Shown piece by piece: positions 32,201 to 40,594 of a DNA stretch of 64,000 nt (its first letter is position 1; every line of letters starts with the position of its first letter). The position numbers and the translations under genes are program-made. The DNA lies in contig JAXHMY010000001.1 of assembly GCA_034520965.1 (NCBI GenBank), positions 224,001-288,000 of the forward strand. Direction: 5' to 3'. Source of the DNA: Spirochaetia bacterium (GTDB lineage Bacteria; Spirochaetota; Spirochaetia; DSM-16054; Sediminispirochaetaceae). The notes beneath the pieces are model-generated. The model saw only the letters and a program-made list of their open reading frames with translations, was not told the origin of the DNA and searched no databases.

Positions 32201-32438
32201 CATCTGTGGGTTTAATAAAGGTTCGAAACCCCTGCTCCGAGACTGTCCGGTATGCATTGGCAGCCGAGAAGAACTCTGCAATGCTGCCGTCCTTGCTTTC
32301 GCTGCCGAAACTCACAATACCCTGACCACGATTGACATAAAAGGCCCACACCGGAATGCCATGCAGACCGGCTATACCGGGCAGAAAACCGGAAAATGCC
32401 GGACGGTTGTAGTAATCGATCTGCTGAAAAACCTGCAT
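29280..32438 (-). CDS. GH161-like beta-1,3-glucan phosphorylase
   Basis: Motifs FSGFLPGIAGLHGIPVWAFYVNRGQ, YSRKHGDLERDYN, GNYRDVNQNRR, KPGWYDALNGLPG, ARLSGSTAEF. Family assignment is by recognition, not by a search. Confidence 0.78.
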   Translation of the reverse strand: MQVFQQIDYYNRPAFSGFLPGIAGLHGIPVWAFYVNRGQGIVSFGSESKDGSIAEFFSAANAYRTVSEQGFRTFIKPTDGSARAAPVVYEPFAKQVAGSCSSITVDSDQIALSETNEEIGVRVDVVYRTVPNARVGALVREIRITNISGRKLSFEIVDGLSVLIPAGIDYGALKNNLTTAQAWMTARRTRSNAAVYQLAATMSDSANVQEITRLNFALGYRRENKSLVPVEVLHDADLLFIPQQAMNVPVHFCDTTIDELVNRTQIENGKLPCAFFADAITLLPNKSSTLVEFYGAASSQGLVEEFMETLSSPAVIESYYEQNRALLERITGVCETQTANQKFDAYTRQNFLDNVLRGGFPHIEQTLGGDVYIPVYSRKHGDLERDYNWFVIPAEYYSQGWGNYRDVNQNRRSDVFFVPQAGLENLWEFMSLIQTDGYNPLIVQGRGYQVPADVKVSSMVQDLPKTMSLIHRGNFSPGELYHSIENECVTSEEVQDLFRSVLGVSETIVHAVHGEGFWIDHWIYNNDLLENCMAVFPERTFEIFWNQRIYPYYRSEHFVQPRRKKWVVTDKGIQQYNAVQKPKAEVDSHDFWMSTPNGTTYFASLGEKMLGLAAIKFLTRDPYGIGVEMEADKPGWYDALNGLPGLLGSSLPEAWELLRLIRNIELGVVSGGVNRYPIAVEIYELYRAIEMVLSDPVDSDLQLHNRWNIMATYREEYRETTRCGFSGEQKTLERAELLKLLHAMEADVKDGLLRGKNKNDGVYPTYLIIQPTDASAVESYIKTGSWTGEIQFSLRPLPLFLEGFVRALSNELDSDERDNIHATVMQSELYDKKLGMLRVNESLSDESHEIGRARAFTPGWLENGSIWLHMEYKYLLALLRSGKYQEFWQLADTMLVPFMDPTVYGRSIFENSSFIVSSAHPDESLHGRGFVARLSGSTAEFISMWIILFFGKTPFQLVDGKLELVLSPCLPHSLFNESGKVACTFFHGTRVTYVNKTDKDVVPGGDVQLRHITVRTRGAAEAVEFTGGRIPSPYAEMVRDGQIESLYVIMSN

Positions 32439-32446
32439 AGTAACTC

Positions 32447-33367
32447 CTATCGCTGCAAACGGTTGGTAACTTTTCGATTGATAAAGGTAAATAAAAGAAT
32501 GATCAGGAATAGAACCCAGGCTACTGCCGCACCTCGTCCAAGACGACCGTTGGCGAAACCGAGAAACATAAGGTAGTAGGCGACAGTCAACCCGCCCTGG
32601 TCGGGCCCGCCAATAGTTTCGTATCCGCCCATGAGTATAAAAGGTTCATCAAACAGTTGAAAACCGCCAATGATGCTCAATGTTAATGCGAAGAAAATAA
32701 TCGGCATCAGCATAGGAATAGTAATCAAACGGTGCATTTGAAATGTTGAAGCTCCGTCTATCTCCGCCGACTCGTACAGCTCATCGGGGATACCCTGCAG
32801 ACCGGCCAGATAAATTACCATATTAAACCCGATGAAGCGCCAGTTCAGCATTATTGAGATTGCCGCTTTAATAGGGCCGCCCTGGGTAGTCCAGCGAAAA
32901 CCACCCTCGATTTGAAGCACTGTCTCTAATAAATAGTTCAGCACACCGTGGTTATGGTCGAAGACCATGCCAAAAATAATAACGGTCGCTACCGCACTGG
33001 TAATATACGGTGCAAAAACCAGGGTTTTGAAAAGATGCCGTGCCTTTAGCCGCTTGCTGTTTACCCCAATCGCCAGCGGAATCGCAAATACATGCTGCAG
33101 AATAGATCCAAAAATCAACAGCAGCGAGGTATTGATCAGGGATTTTGCAAAAAAAGCGTCGGTGGTGAACAAGCGAGTGTAGTTAGACAGGCCGACAAAT
33201 CCACGATTGCCTACCAATCGCATGTCAAAAAACGACATATAGATCGAATACACGAGCGGGTACATTCCAAAGATGACAAACAGAATAAAAAACGGACTAA
33301 CAAAAATATATGGTGCCAGTTTCTGGTTAAAACCTATGCTTTCCCAAAGTGTGGTTTTTGTTTTCAT
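32447..33367 (-). CDS. carbohydrate ABC permease (MalF-like)
   Basis: Motifs APYIFVSPFF, FVGLSNY and the EAA loop ELYESAEIDGAS. Confidence 0.92.
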   Translation of the reverse strand: MKTKTTLWESIGFNQKLAPYIFVSPFFILFVIFGMYPLVYSIYMSFFDMRLVGNRGFVGLSNYTRLFTTDAFFAKSLINTSLLLIFGSILQHVFAIPLAIGVNSKRLKARHLFKTLVFAPYITSAVATVIIFGMVFDHNHGVLNYLLETVLQIEGGFRWTTQGGPIKAAISIMLNWRFIGFNMVIYLAGLQGIPDELYESAEIDGASTFQMHRLITIPMLMPIIFFALTLSIIGGFQLFDEPFILMGGYETIGGPDQGGLTVAYYLMFLGFANGRLGRGAAVAWVLFLIILLFTFINRKVTNRLQR

Positions 33368-33372
33368 AATAA

Positions 33373-34227
33373 TTATCCTTTGATGCTGCCGGCAGTTAAA
33401 CCGGAGATAAACTGACGCGACGCGAAAAAGAACACCAGCAAGAGCGGCAATATTGTCAGCGCGGTACCCGCGTACACCATACCGAATTCTCCGTAACTCA
33501 CAGCATTCAGTGTATTCAAGGCTACAGGCAGGGTGGTTCTTCGAATTCCAGGTAATAGAATGAAGGCTCCCAAAAAGTTGTTCCACTGTCCGACAAAGAC
33601 AATGATTGCCAACACACCCATGGCAGGTTTGGCCAGCGGGAATACAACCCGCATCAGAATGTGAAACTCATTTAATCCATCTATGCGGGCTGCATCCAGC
33701 AAGTCGCGGGGTATAGACTCTTCCAGGAATTGTCGCATGAGGAAAATTCCCAGCGCATTAGCCATACCAGGTACAATCAGCGCCCGCCATTTATTTATCC
33801 AGCCGAACGCAGCCATCATCCGGTAAAACGGAATAATGTTGAGAAACGGCGGGAAAGCCATGGTCGCCAAAATAAAAAAGAAAATAAAATTTTTAAATCT
33901 AAAATCATACTTAGCAAGCGCAAACCCACCCATCGTGCAGAAAAAAACAGTCGTGACAACGGTAAGCAGGGCGATCGCTACACTATTGAAATAGTTGAGA
34001 AGATACGGGATCTGATTCTGCTCAAATAATAATTGATGGACATTATCCCACAGTGCTCCTCCAAACCATAAATTGGGAGGAGTGCTGAACATGGTGGCCC
34101 TCGGATGTGAAGCTATCACAAACATATAATAGAAGGGGAAGAAAAACAGAGCCGCAAAGACCAGTAATGTGCCGTACAGGAGAAGATACTTTCCGGTACT
34201 GCTGAGTCGATTAAGATACTTTTTCAA
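33373..34227 (-). CDS. carbohydrate ABC permease (MalG-like)
   Basis: Motifs GIFLMRQF, DLLDAARIDG, WNNFL. Confidence 0.92.
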   Translation of the reverse strand: MKKYLNRLSSTGKYLLLYGTLLVFAALFFFPFYYMFVIASHPRATMFSTPPNLWFGGALWDNVHQLLFEQNQIPYLLNYFNSVAIALLTVVTTVFFCTMGGFALAKYDFRFKNFIFFFILATMAFPPFLNIIPFYRMMAAFGWINKWRALIVPGMANALGIFLMRQFLEESIPRDLLDAARIDGLNEFHILMRVVFPLAKPAMGVLAIIVFVGQWNNFLGAFILLPGIRRTTLPVALNTLNAVSYGEFGMVYAGTALTILPLLLVFFFASRQFISGLTAGSIKG

Positions 34228-34307
34228 AGCAAACTCCTCTTAAAATAAAAATACCTCTTAAAATAAAGGGTGTGCCGCAGCACGCCGCAACACACCCGCA
34301 ATCTTCA

Positions 34308-35591
34308 TCAGTCGATGGTTGACTGAATCTGGCTCAAGGCCTTATCGTAGGCTTCCTCCGGTGTTAGATCACCTTCCAGAACTTCGCCAACAATAGAACC
34401 CCAGATGCTTACAATGATGTTGTCATACTCACTCACACGATTGCTCGGCATATTGAGTGCGACATCGGCAAAAATTTCACGAACAGGCTCGTTTCCAAAG
34501 TAGGCAACCGGCTCACCCATGATGGGATTATCATAGGTTGAAGTCAGGGCAGGAAACGCATCAATTTCAGCAAATGTTTTAAGCTGAGCTTCCTCGGTGG
34601 TGGTCAAATACTTGATAATTTCCCATGCTGCAGCACGGTTTTCTTCGGGTACAGTTGCTGGAATACTCAGATAAGTCCCACCGAGGGATGAAAGCGCTCC
34701 GCCCGGCAGATAGGTTACACGCCAGTCTTCAACTTCAGGCGCGACCCAGTTGCGCAGGGCACCACCCCACCAGGCACCGTTCGGCATGGTTACGACCGTA
34801 CCGTTGGAGAAGCTGTCAATCCAGGGACCGCTCCATGCCCCCAGGTCGGCATCAATTCCTGCCGCACGCACATCAGCAACCAGCTGCAGTGCTTCCATGA
34901 ACTTTGATTTAGGCTCCAGCAGATCACCATCTTCAGAAATCCAACCGCCCTTACCGCCAGCAAGAGGTATGTTGGCAACATCAGCCGCATTCGGTACCGC
35001 GTAACGACCATCTCCAGTTACTTTTCGACCTTCCTCAATGTACGCGTCCCAGCTGTCCAGGTTTTTGAAGTCGGCGCCAGCTTCTTCGGCAAGATCTGCT
35101 CGATAGAACAATACGGCCGGAGCAATATCCACCGGAATAGCAACCTGTTCACCGGCACGTGTCTGCCCCTGCGCGACTGCAAAATCTACTACATCACCAA
35201 TTACATCGGCGGCATTATAGGGAGCCTCATTCAGGTTAACCAAGGAATCGCCCTGCTCTACAAAGTTGGCAATAAACTGAACTTCCAGAGCTTCAATATC
35301 ATTGGTTTGTTCACGAGCAGCAAGCTGGGTCGTGAGCCGGTCATGATGACCGCCGAAATCCGCTGACTGAAAGGTGACATTGATGTTTGGATACTGTGAT
35401 TTGAAATCCTCTGAGGCAAACACCTCAGCATAGGCAGCTTCAAGATCACCAAAAGCCCCCAAACTCACATTGTAGGTTTTATCGGGATCAAATGCCGCTG
35501 TGTCACTAGCCTCCTTTTGACCTCCAGCGAACACTGCTGGAGCTATCAGTCCAGCTACTACTAATACCATAAGAATTTTTTTTCTTACCAT
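34308..35591 (-). CDS. carbohydrate ABC substrate-binding protein
   Basis: Signal peptide ...VFAGGQKE, PVDIAPAVLFYRADL, GGTYLSIP. Confidence 0.92.
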   Translation of the reverse strand: MVRKKILMVLVVAGLIAPAVFAGGQKEASDTAAFDPDKTYNVSLGAFGDLEAAYAEVFASEDFKSQYPNINVTFQSADFGGHHDRLTTQLAAREQTNDIEALEVQFIANFVEQGDSLVNLNEAPYNAADVIGDVVDFAVAQGQTRAGEQVAIPVDIAPAVLFYRADLAEEAGADFKNLDSWDAYIEEGRKVTGDGRYAVPNAADVANIPLAGGKGGWISEDGDLLEPKSKFMEALQLVADVRAAGIDADLGAWSGPWIDSFSNGTVVTMPNGAWWGGALRNWVAPEVEDWRVTYLPGGALSSLGGTYLSIPATVPEENRAAAWEIIKYLTTTEEAQLKTFAEIDAFPALTSTYDNPIMGEPVAYFGNEPVREIFADVALNMPSNRVSEYDNIIVSIWGSIVGEVLEGDLTPEEAYDKALSQIQSTID

Positions 35592-35695
35592 TGTTTCTCT
35601 CCTTTCCTTGTAATTCTTTTAATCTCTTTGAATATTGATATACATCAACCATCTCTCTTTGTGTACACCTCGTGTACTATTTATATACCTCCTTG

Positions 35696-35748
35696 TTAGT
35701 TGGTTTCTAAGACCAACTAATTATGGGTGGTGTCGCCTGAGTTGTCAA
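35696..35748 (-). promoter_or_regulatory. sigma70 promoter and ROK operator of the glucan operon
   Basis: On the minus strand TTGACA(35748-35743)-17bp-CATAAT(35725-35720), abutting the palindrome TTAGTTGGT-N7-ACCAACTAA (35696-35720). Confidence 0.78.
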
Positions 35749-35784
35749 TCTTTTTTTTTAACTTTTTTTTGAGGACTTACACCT

Positions 35785-35828
35785 ACAAAAAGGGCCTGTA
35801 AGCGTATTGCCCACAGGCCCTTTTTTTT
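35785..35828. terminator. intrinsic terminator; also the right copy of the 38-bp direct repeat
   Basis: aaaaagggcctgt...acaggccctttttttt just downstream of the 35844-36356 gene. Confidence 0.8.
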
Positions 35829-35843
35829 AATATAGTCTAAATT

Positions 35844-36356
35844 TTACATAAGTTGCTGTATTCGCTGTCCCAATTCCGGATTTGAGCGCATCGCCTTCAC
35901 AATTTCATTGAACTTTTGTACGGTCATGTTATTGTCACGCACAGTTTCAACCATTTCTTCCTGACTGGACTGTTGTATGCTTTGAATTTTCTGAGCAAGG
36001 GAGTTGAACTCTTCAGTTTCCGCATCAGTTTCGTTATCGGCTTTTTGCTTGCCCTGGTTCTGTCGGGCGGAATAGAGGGTATTAAAGCGTTCTTTGCTCA
36101 TTGAAGAATCAGAGAAAGCACTCTCCATCTTTTGGTTTGATTCAGTTTGTACTTCTTGAATTTCTTCCATTGCCCCTGCAAATTTTTCCAGCTCTTGGTC
36201 TTCAAAGCTAGGCGTGTCTGTGGACTGACTCTGCGGCAATTGGCTTCCGCTTTGGCCGGTACTGCCGGACTGAGCGGCGACCGGTAAAATTACTAAAGTA
36301 AGCAGAGCTGCAATAGAAATAAAAGCAGAGCCTTTCCTGATAAAGTTAAATAGCAT
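35844..36356 (-). CDS. secreted DUF4168-like helical protein
   Basis: Signal peptide, Q/S-rich linker, repeated ELEKFA...MS/MT..FN pattern. Confidence 0.65.
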   Translation of the reverse strand: MLFNFIRKGSAFISIAALLTLVILPVAAQSGSTGQSGSQLPQSQSTDTPSFEDQELEKFAGAMEEIQEVQTESNQKMESAFSDSSMSKERFNTLYSARQNQGKQKADNETDAETEEFNSLAQKIQSIQQSSQEEMVETVRDNNMTVQKFNEIVKAMRSNPELGQRIQQLM

Positions 36357-36462
36357 GTATATATTGCCTCCTGACTAAATATTGTCCCCACAAAGTAATA
36401 GTCACACCGAGCCGGCGTCAAGCTTACAGGAGTAGGAATTTTATACTGTGTTTTTGTGAGGG

Positions 36463-36509
36463 TTTTTTTGTTCTGCCGGGCGCAGCCTACTGGAGGCAGT
36501 ACAAAAAAA
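36463..36509. terminator. probable terminator downstream of ygeW
   Basis: Imperfect hairpin tttttttgttctgcc...ggcagtacaaaaaaa. Confidence 0.55.
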
Positions 36510-36582
36510 GCGCCCAAACCTCAGTTTGAACGCTTTTACAGCCTTTCCAGGCTCGAATCCCATATTTACTGTGTACAGGTGC

Positions 36583-37779
36583 TTAGAGAATTCTGTTATT
36601 TCCGGACTGCAGCAATTGCAACAGCTTATCGGAGGGGTTCTTAAACTTGCTCATAAATATCATGGCTGCAATAATATAGGGCTTGTAACTGGCTTCTTTG
36701 TACAGAGGTACACGATAGCGGTCAAAGACACTGGCCTCTACTTCCCCTCGCTCACAGCTCACACCGGTGATATCAGCCGGCAGACAGTGCATATAGAGGG
36801 CTTTTCCGTCGCGGGTCTTTTTCATTAAGTCCTCGGTACATTCCCAATCCATGTATTTCTTGTTATTTTCAAGCCCGCGCTGTTCGAGGGCTTTCAGTCC
36901 CGCATCATCACCCTGCTCAACCAGCTTGGTCCGTTCTTCCATTACGGAGAAGGGTGCCCAACTCTTGGGATACACAATATCGGCATCCTGAAAGGCCTCT
37001 TCCATACTGTTTACCCGGTTAAAAGAACCGCCGCTGTGTTCGGAATTAGTAGCCGCAATCTGCTCAACCTCAGGCATAATATTGTAGCCTTCCGGATGGG
37101 CCAGACTTACATCCATGCCAAAGCGGGACATCAGGCCGACAATTCCCTGGGGTACCGACAGGGGCTTCCCGTAAGAGGGGCTATAGGCCCAGGTCATGGC
37201 AATCTTTTTGCCCTTCAGGTTCTCGACGCCTCCGAAGTGATTGATAATGTGGGCCATATCCGCCATGGACTGGGTCGGGTGGTCGATATCGCACTGCAGA
37301 TTCACCAGGCTTGGGCGCTGTTCGAGCACTCCGTCCAGGTACCCCTGGTATACCGACTGCGAGACTTCCTGCATGTAAGTGTGCCCTTTGCCGATGTACA
37401 TATCATCGCGGATACCAATTACATCGGCCATAAAAGAGATCATATTGGCAGTCTCGCGCACAGTTTCACCGTGGGCAATCTGGCTTTTCCCTTCATCCAA
37501 ATCCTGGATTTCCAATCCCAGCATATTTGCAGCGCTGGCATAACTAAAACGCGTACGGGTTGAATTATCCCTAAAAAGGGAAATTGCCAAGCCGCTGTCA
37601 AATACGTTGGTTGAAATATTGTTCTGCCGCAGGGCACGTAAAATCTCGGCTACCTTATACGTAGCCTGAATTTCATCGTCGCTTTTGTCCCATGTAAGAA
37701 AAAAGTCATTCAGGTACATGTCTTCAGCACGCAGGCGCCCCAGCGAGCGAATCATCTCTTCAATTCCAATTCTGTCCAT
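36583..37779 (-). CDS. ygeW: YgeW-type knotted carbamoyltransferase
   Basis: Motifs FRDNSTRTRFS, NLQCDIDHPTQ, WAYSPSYGKPLSVPQG, HCLPAD. RBS GGAGGA precedes ATG 37779. Confidence 0.93.
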   Translation of the reverse strand: MDRIGIEEMIRSLGRLRAEDMYLNDFFLTWDKSDDEIQATYKVAEILRALRQNNISTNVFDSGLAISLFRDNSTRTRFSYASAANMLGLEIQDLDEGKSQIAHGETVRETANMISFMADVIGIRDDMYIGKGHTYMQEVSQSVYQGYLDGVLEQRPSLVNLQCDIDHPTQSMADMAHIINHFGGVENLKGKKIAMTWAYSPSYGKPLSVPQGIVGLMSRFGMDVSLAHPEGYNIMPEVEQIAATNSEHSGGSFNRVNSMEEAFQDADIVYPKSWAPFSVMEERTKLVEQGDDAGLKALEQRGLENNKKYMDWECTEDLMKKTRDGKALYMHCLPADITGVSCERGEVEASVFDRYRVPLYKEASYKPYIIAAMIFMSKFKNPSDKLLQLLQSGNNRIL

Positions 37780-37892
37780 TCTGTATCCTCCAGATCCTAA
37801 TGTGTTCAAAATAAAATATTTTTACGGGTCGAGCCTGAAATGGCACGGCCTATAAGGTGCGCATTGTTCGAGAACCCTTTTAGTCCTCCAGC

Positions 37893-39257
37893 TTAATCTT
37901 CCAGCATACGAGCGGCGATTTGATTCGCTTTTTTCGTAAGCTCTTCCTCCGGAAAGCCGACCAAACGGCCATGTTCCACTGCCACTTTTCCATTCACAAT
38001 GGTGTAATCGGTGCCATGGTTATAGCCGGAAAACAGCAATGCCGCCAAGGGGTCGGAAAGGGAGCCGGCATACTCCAGTTTATGTACATCAAAAATAGCC
38101 ATATCCGCCGCCCAGCCCTCTTTCAGTTGGCCGATTTTCGGGAAACCGAGCAGCTTGGCACCGTTCTCATTGGCAAGGCGGAAAACATCGCGGGCTGTTA
38201 CTGCCTCGGCCCCATACTTTACCCGCTGCAGGAGCAGGGCGTTTCGCATCTCTCCGAGCATATCCGAGGCATCGTTCGAAGCCGATCCGTCTACCGCCAA
38301 GCCGACATTTATGTTCTTCGGCAGCATTTCGGTTACCCGGCAAATTCCCGAACCAAGCCGCATATTACTGGAAGGACAGTGGGCTATATGTGTTCCGGTT
38401 TCAGCCAGGATATCAAGTTCTTCATCATTAAAGTGAATACCGTGGGCATAAAACACATCATCCCCGATAAACCCGGTATCCTGCATGAGTTTCAACGGCC
38501 GGCGCCCATACACCTCCACACAGAAATCGTTCTCATCATAGGTTTCCGCCACATGGGTGTGGAGTCTCACTCCGTATTTCCGGGCGAGTTCTGCCGACTG
38601 CTTCATGAGCTTCTCGGTTACACTGAAGGGGCTGCAGGGAGCCAGCACAATTTTGCGCATCGAAAACTCACTATCATCGTGATACTGCTGAATCACCCGT
38701 TCACTGTCCTTCAAAATTTCCTCTTCGGTCTGTACCACCGAGTCGGGCGGCAGGCCGCCGTCCTTTTTTCCCAGCGACATTGATCCGCGGGTTGGAGAAA
38801 ATCGCATCCCCAGGGTATCTGCAGCCTTAAACTGCAGGCCCATTAAGTCACCGGAGAAATTGTCCGGATAAAGATAGTGATGGTCGGTACTGGTGGTGCA
38901 GCCGGTTTTCAGCAGCTCGCCCATTGCCAGCAATGAAGAGTAATACACTCCATCCTCATCGATTTTTTTCCACACATCGTACAAATACACCAGCCAGTCG
39001 AAGAGTTTCGCATTTTGTACCGCCGGTATATTTCTGGTAAGGGTTTGGTAAAAATGGTGATGGGTGTTTATAAAGCCGGGTACCACCACATGCTGTGAAC
39101 AATCTATCACCCGGTCATCATCGCCGGGGCTAAAATCTATGTTTTTAGCTATTTTCTGAATACGATTTTCTTGTATAAGTACATCCACCCCCCGTACTGC
39201 CTCAGCATCAGCGGAGCTGTGCAGATAGTAGATATCTTTTAATAATATACGTGCCAT
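37893..39257 (-). CDS. amidohydrolase, 8-oxoguanine deaminase-like
   Basis: Motifs NTHHHFYQTLTR, LAPCSPFSV, HCPSSNMRLGSG, VDGSASND. Confidence 0.82.
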   Translation of the reverse strand: MARILLKDIYYLHSSADAEAVRGVDVLIQENRIQKIAKNIDFSPGDDDRVIDCSQHVVVPGFINTHHHFYQTLTRNIPAVQNAKLFDWLVYLYDVWKKIDEDGVYYSSLLAMGELLKTGCTTSTDHHYLYPDNFSGDLMGLQFKAADTLGMRFSPTRGSMSLGKKDGGLPPDSVVQTEEEILKDSERVIQQYHDDSEFSMRKIVLAPCSPFSVTEKLMKQSAELARKYGVRLHTHVAETYDENDFCVEVYGRRPLKLMQDTGFIGDDVFYAHGIHFNDEELDILAETGTHIAHCPSSNMRLGSGICRVTEMLPKNINVGLAVDGSASNDASDMLGEMRNALLLQRVKYGAEAVTARDVFRLANENGAKLLGFPKIGQLKEGWAADMAIFDVHKLEYAGSLSDPLAALLFSGYNHGTDYTIVNGKVAVEHGRLVGFPEEELTKKANQIAARMLED

Positions 39258-39266
39258 ACTGTCTCC

Positions 39267-40127
39267 TTAAGCTCCCTTCTGCTGCAGAACCACTCCCAGT
39301 AAAAAGTGGCGCACCAGGTTCATAGCTACCCGCTTACGATATACGGCGGTTGATCGCTGGTCATCAATCGGCTGTACAAGAGCGTCATAGTCACGCAGAA
39401 TATCCTCTGCTTCCAGAGCAACATCCTTAAGACTGCGGCCTTCCATTTTTTTCTCCAGCTCCAGAGAACGTACCACTGTTGGTGCAACTGCTCCAACTGC
39501 AATTCGAATTTCATCGATTCGGCCATCGCTAATACGGGCCACTGCAGATAGGGTAAGTTTCGACAGAGCGTTTGCTCGGCGGGTGCCCACCTTTTTAAAC
39601 AGATGAATCGTAGAGCGATCCTCCGGAATTATGATCTCGGTTAAAATCTCATCTGCATGAAGGTCTGTTTTACCCGGACCAGTGATAAACTGATAGAGCG
39701 GCTCAATGCGCTCACCCCCTGGACTCTGCAATTTCACTCCCGCATCAAGTGCATAGAGGGCACAAATAGAATCACCCGCCGGGGAAGCATTACAAATGTT
39801 TCCGGCAATGGTTGCAGTATTCCGCAAACCCGGGGCGGCAATAGTCAGAAGCGACTCTTTTAAGATTTCCGGTACCTCATCGTGGTCCAGCAGCTCCGTC
39901 ATTGTTACGGCTGCCCCTATCGAAAGCCCATGTTCGATCCTGCGAATTTTACGCAGGTCATCCAAATGGCCTAGGAACATGATCGGCCGCGGATAATCGG
40001 GAATCGCCCCCGATTCATAGCGATAGCGCACCATTAGATCGGTTCCTCCGGCGAAGGGCATAGCCCCTTTCTCTGCTCGCAGGTCAAAAGCCTCTTTTAG
40101 TGAAAGCGGTCGATACGAGTCTACCAT
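39267..40127 (-). CDS. xanthine dehydrogenase-family FAD-binding subunit
   Basis: Motifs FAGGTDL, RNTATIAGNICNASPAGD, PIDDQRSTA. Confidence 0.92.
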   Translation of the reverse strand: MVDSYRPLSLKEAFDLRAEKGAMPFAGGTDLMVRYRYESGAIPDYPRPIMFLGHLDDLRKIRRIEHGLSIGAAVTMTELLDHDEVPEILKESLLTIAAPGLRNTATIAGNICNASPAGDSICALYALDAGVKLQSPGGERIEPLYQFITGPGKTDLHADEILTEIIIPEDRSTIHLFKKVGTRRANALSKLTLSAVARISDGRIDEIRIAVGAVAPTVVRSLELEKKMEGRSLKDVALEAEDILRDYDALVQPIDDQRSTAVYRKRVAMNLVRHFLLGVVLQQKGA

Positions 40128-40594
40128 AGCCCCTTCCCCCTTTCGGCAGCTTTCAGCACACCGTCTATAATCATGTCGTAACCGGTACAACGGCAGAGAT
40201 TTCCCGACAATGCTTCGCGAGCCTCCCCTTCAGTGGGTGAGGGGTTTTTCCGCAGCAGAGCCTCGGTGGCCATCATCATTCCGGGAGTACAAAAGCCGCA
40301 CTGCACCGCACCGGATTCGCCATAAGCATCAATAATGGCCTTACCCTGCACGGTTTCACGGAGACCCTCGGGGGTAATAATTTCAGACCCCTCACATGTT
40401 CCAATCGGAATCATACAGGAGTTTACCAGCACCCCGTCCTTTAATACTGAACAGGCGCCGCACTCTCCCTCTCCACAGCCTTCCTTCACCCCGGTCAGTT
40501 TTAAATCTTCCCGCAGGATATCTAAAAGTCGCCGTAAGGGGTCGGTATCTATAGCATGGCTCGTGCCGTTTATTGAAAAATTAATTGTTGCCAT
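40121..40594 (-). CDS. xanthine dehydrogenase-family (2Fe-2S) subunit
   Basis: Motifs KEGCGEGECGACSV, QCGFCTPG, NLCRCTGY. Confidence 0.93.
   Translation of the reverse strand: MATINFSINGTSHAIDTDPLRRLLDILREDLKLTGVKEGCGEGECGACSVLKDGVLVNSCMIPIGTCEGSEIITPEGLRETVQGKAIIDAYGESGAVQCGFCTPGMMMATEALLRKNPSPTEGEAREALSGNLCRCTGYDMIIDGVLKAAERGKGLW

Noticed and set aside
37841..37860. Sigma54-like TGGCAC between the deaminase and ygeW
   Set aside because: There is no TTGC at -12 spacing, and it is on the strand opposite to the flanking genes.
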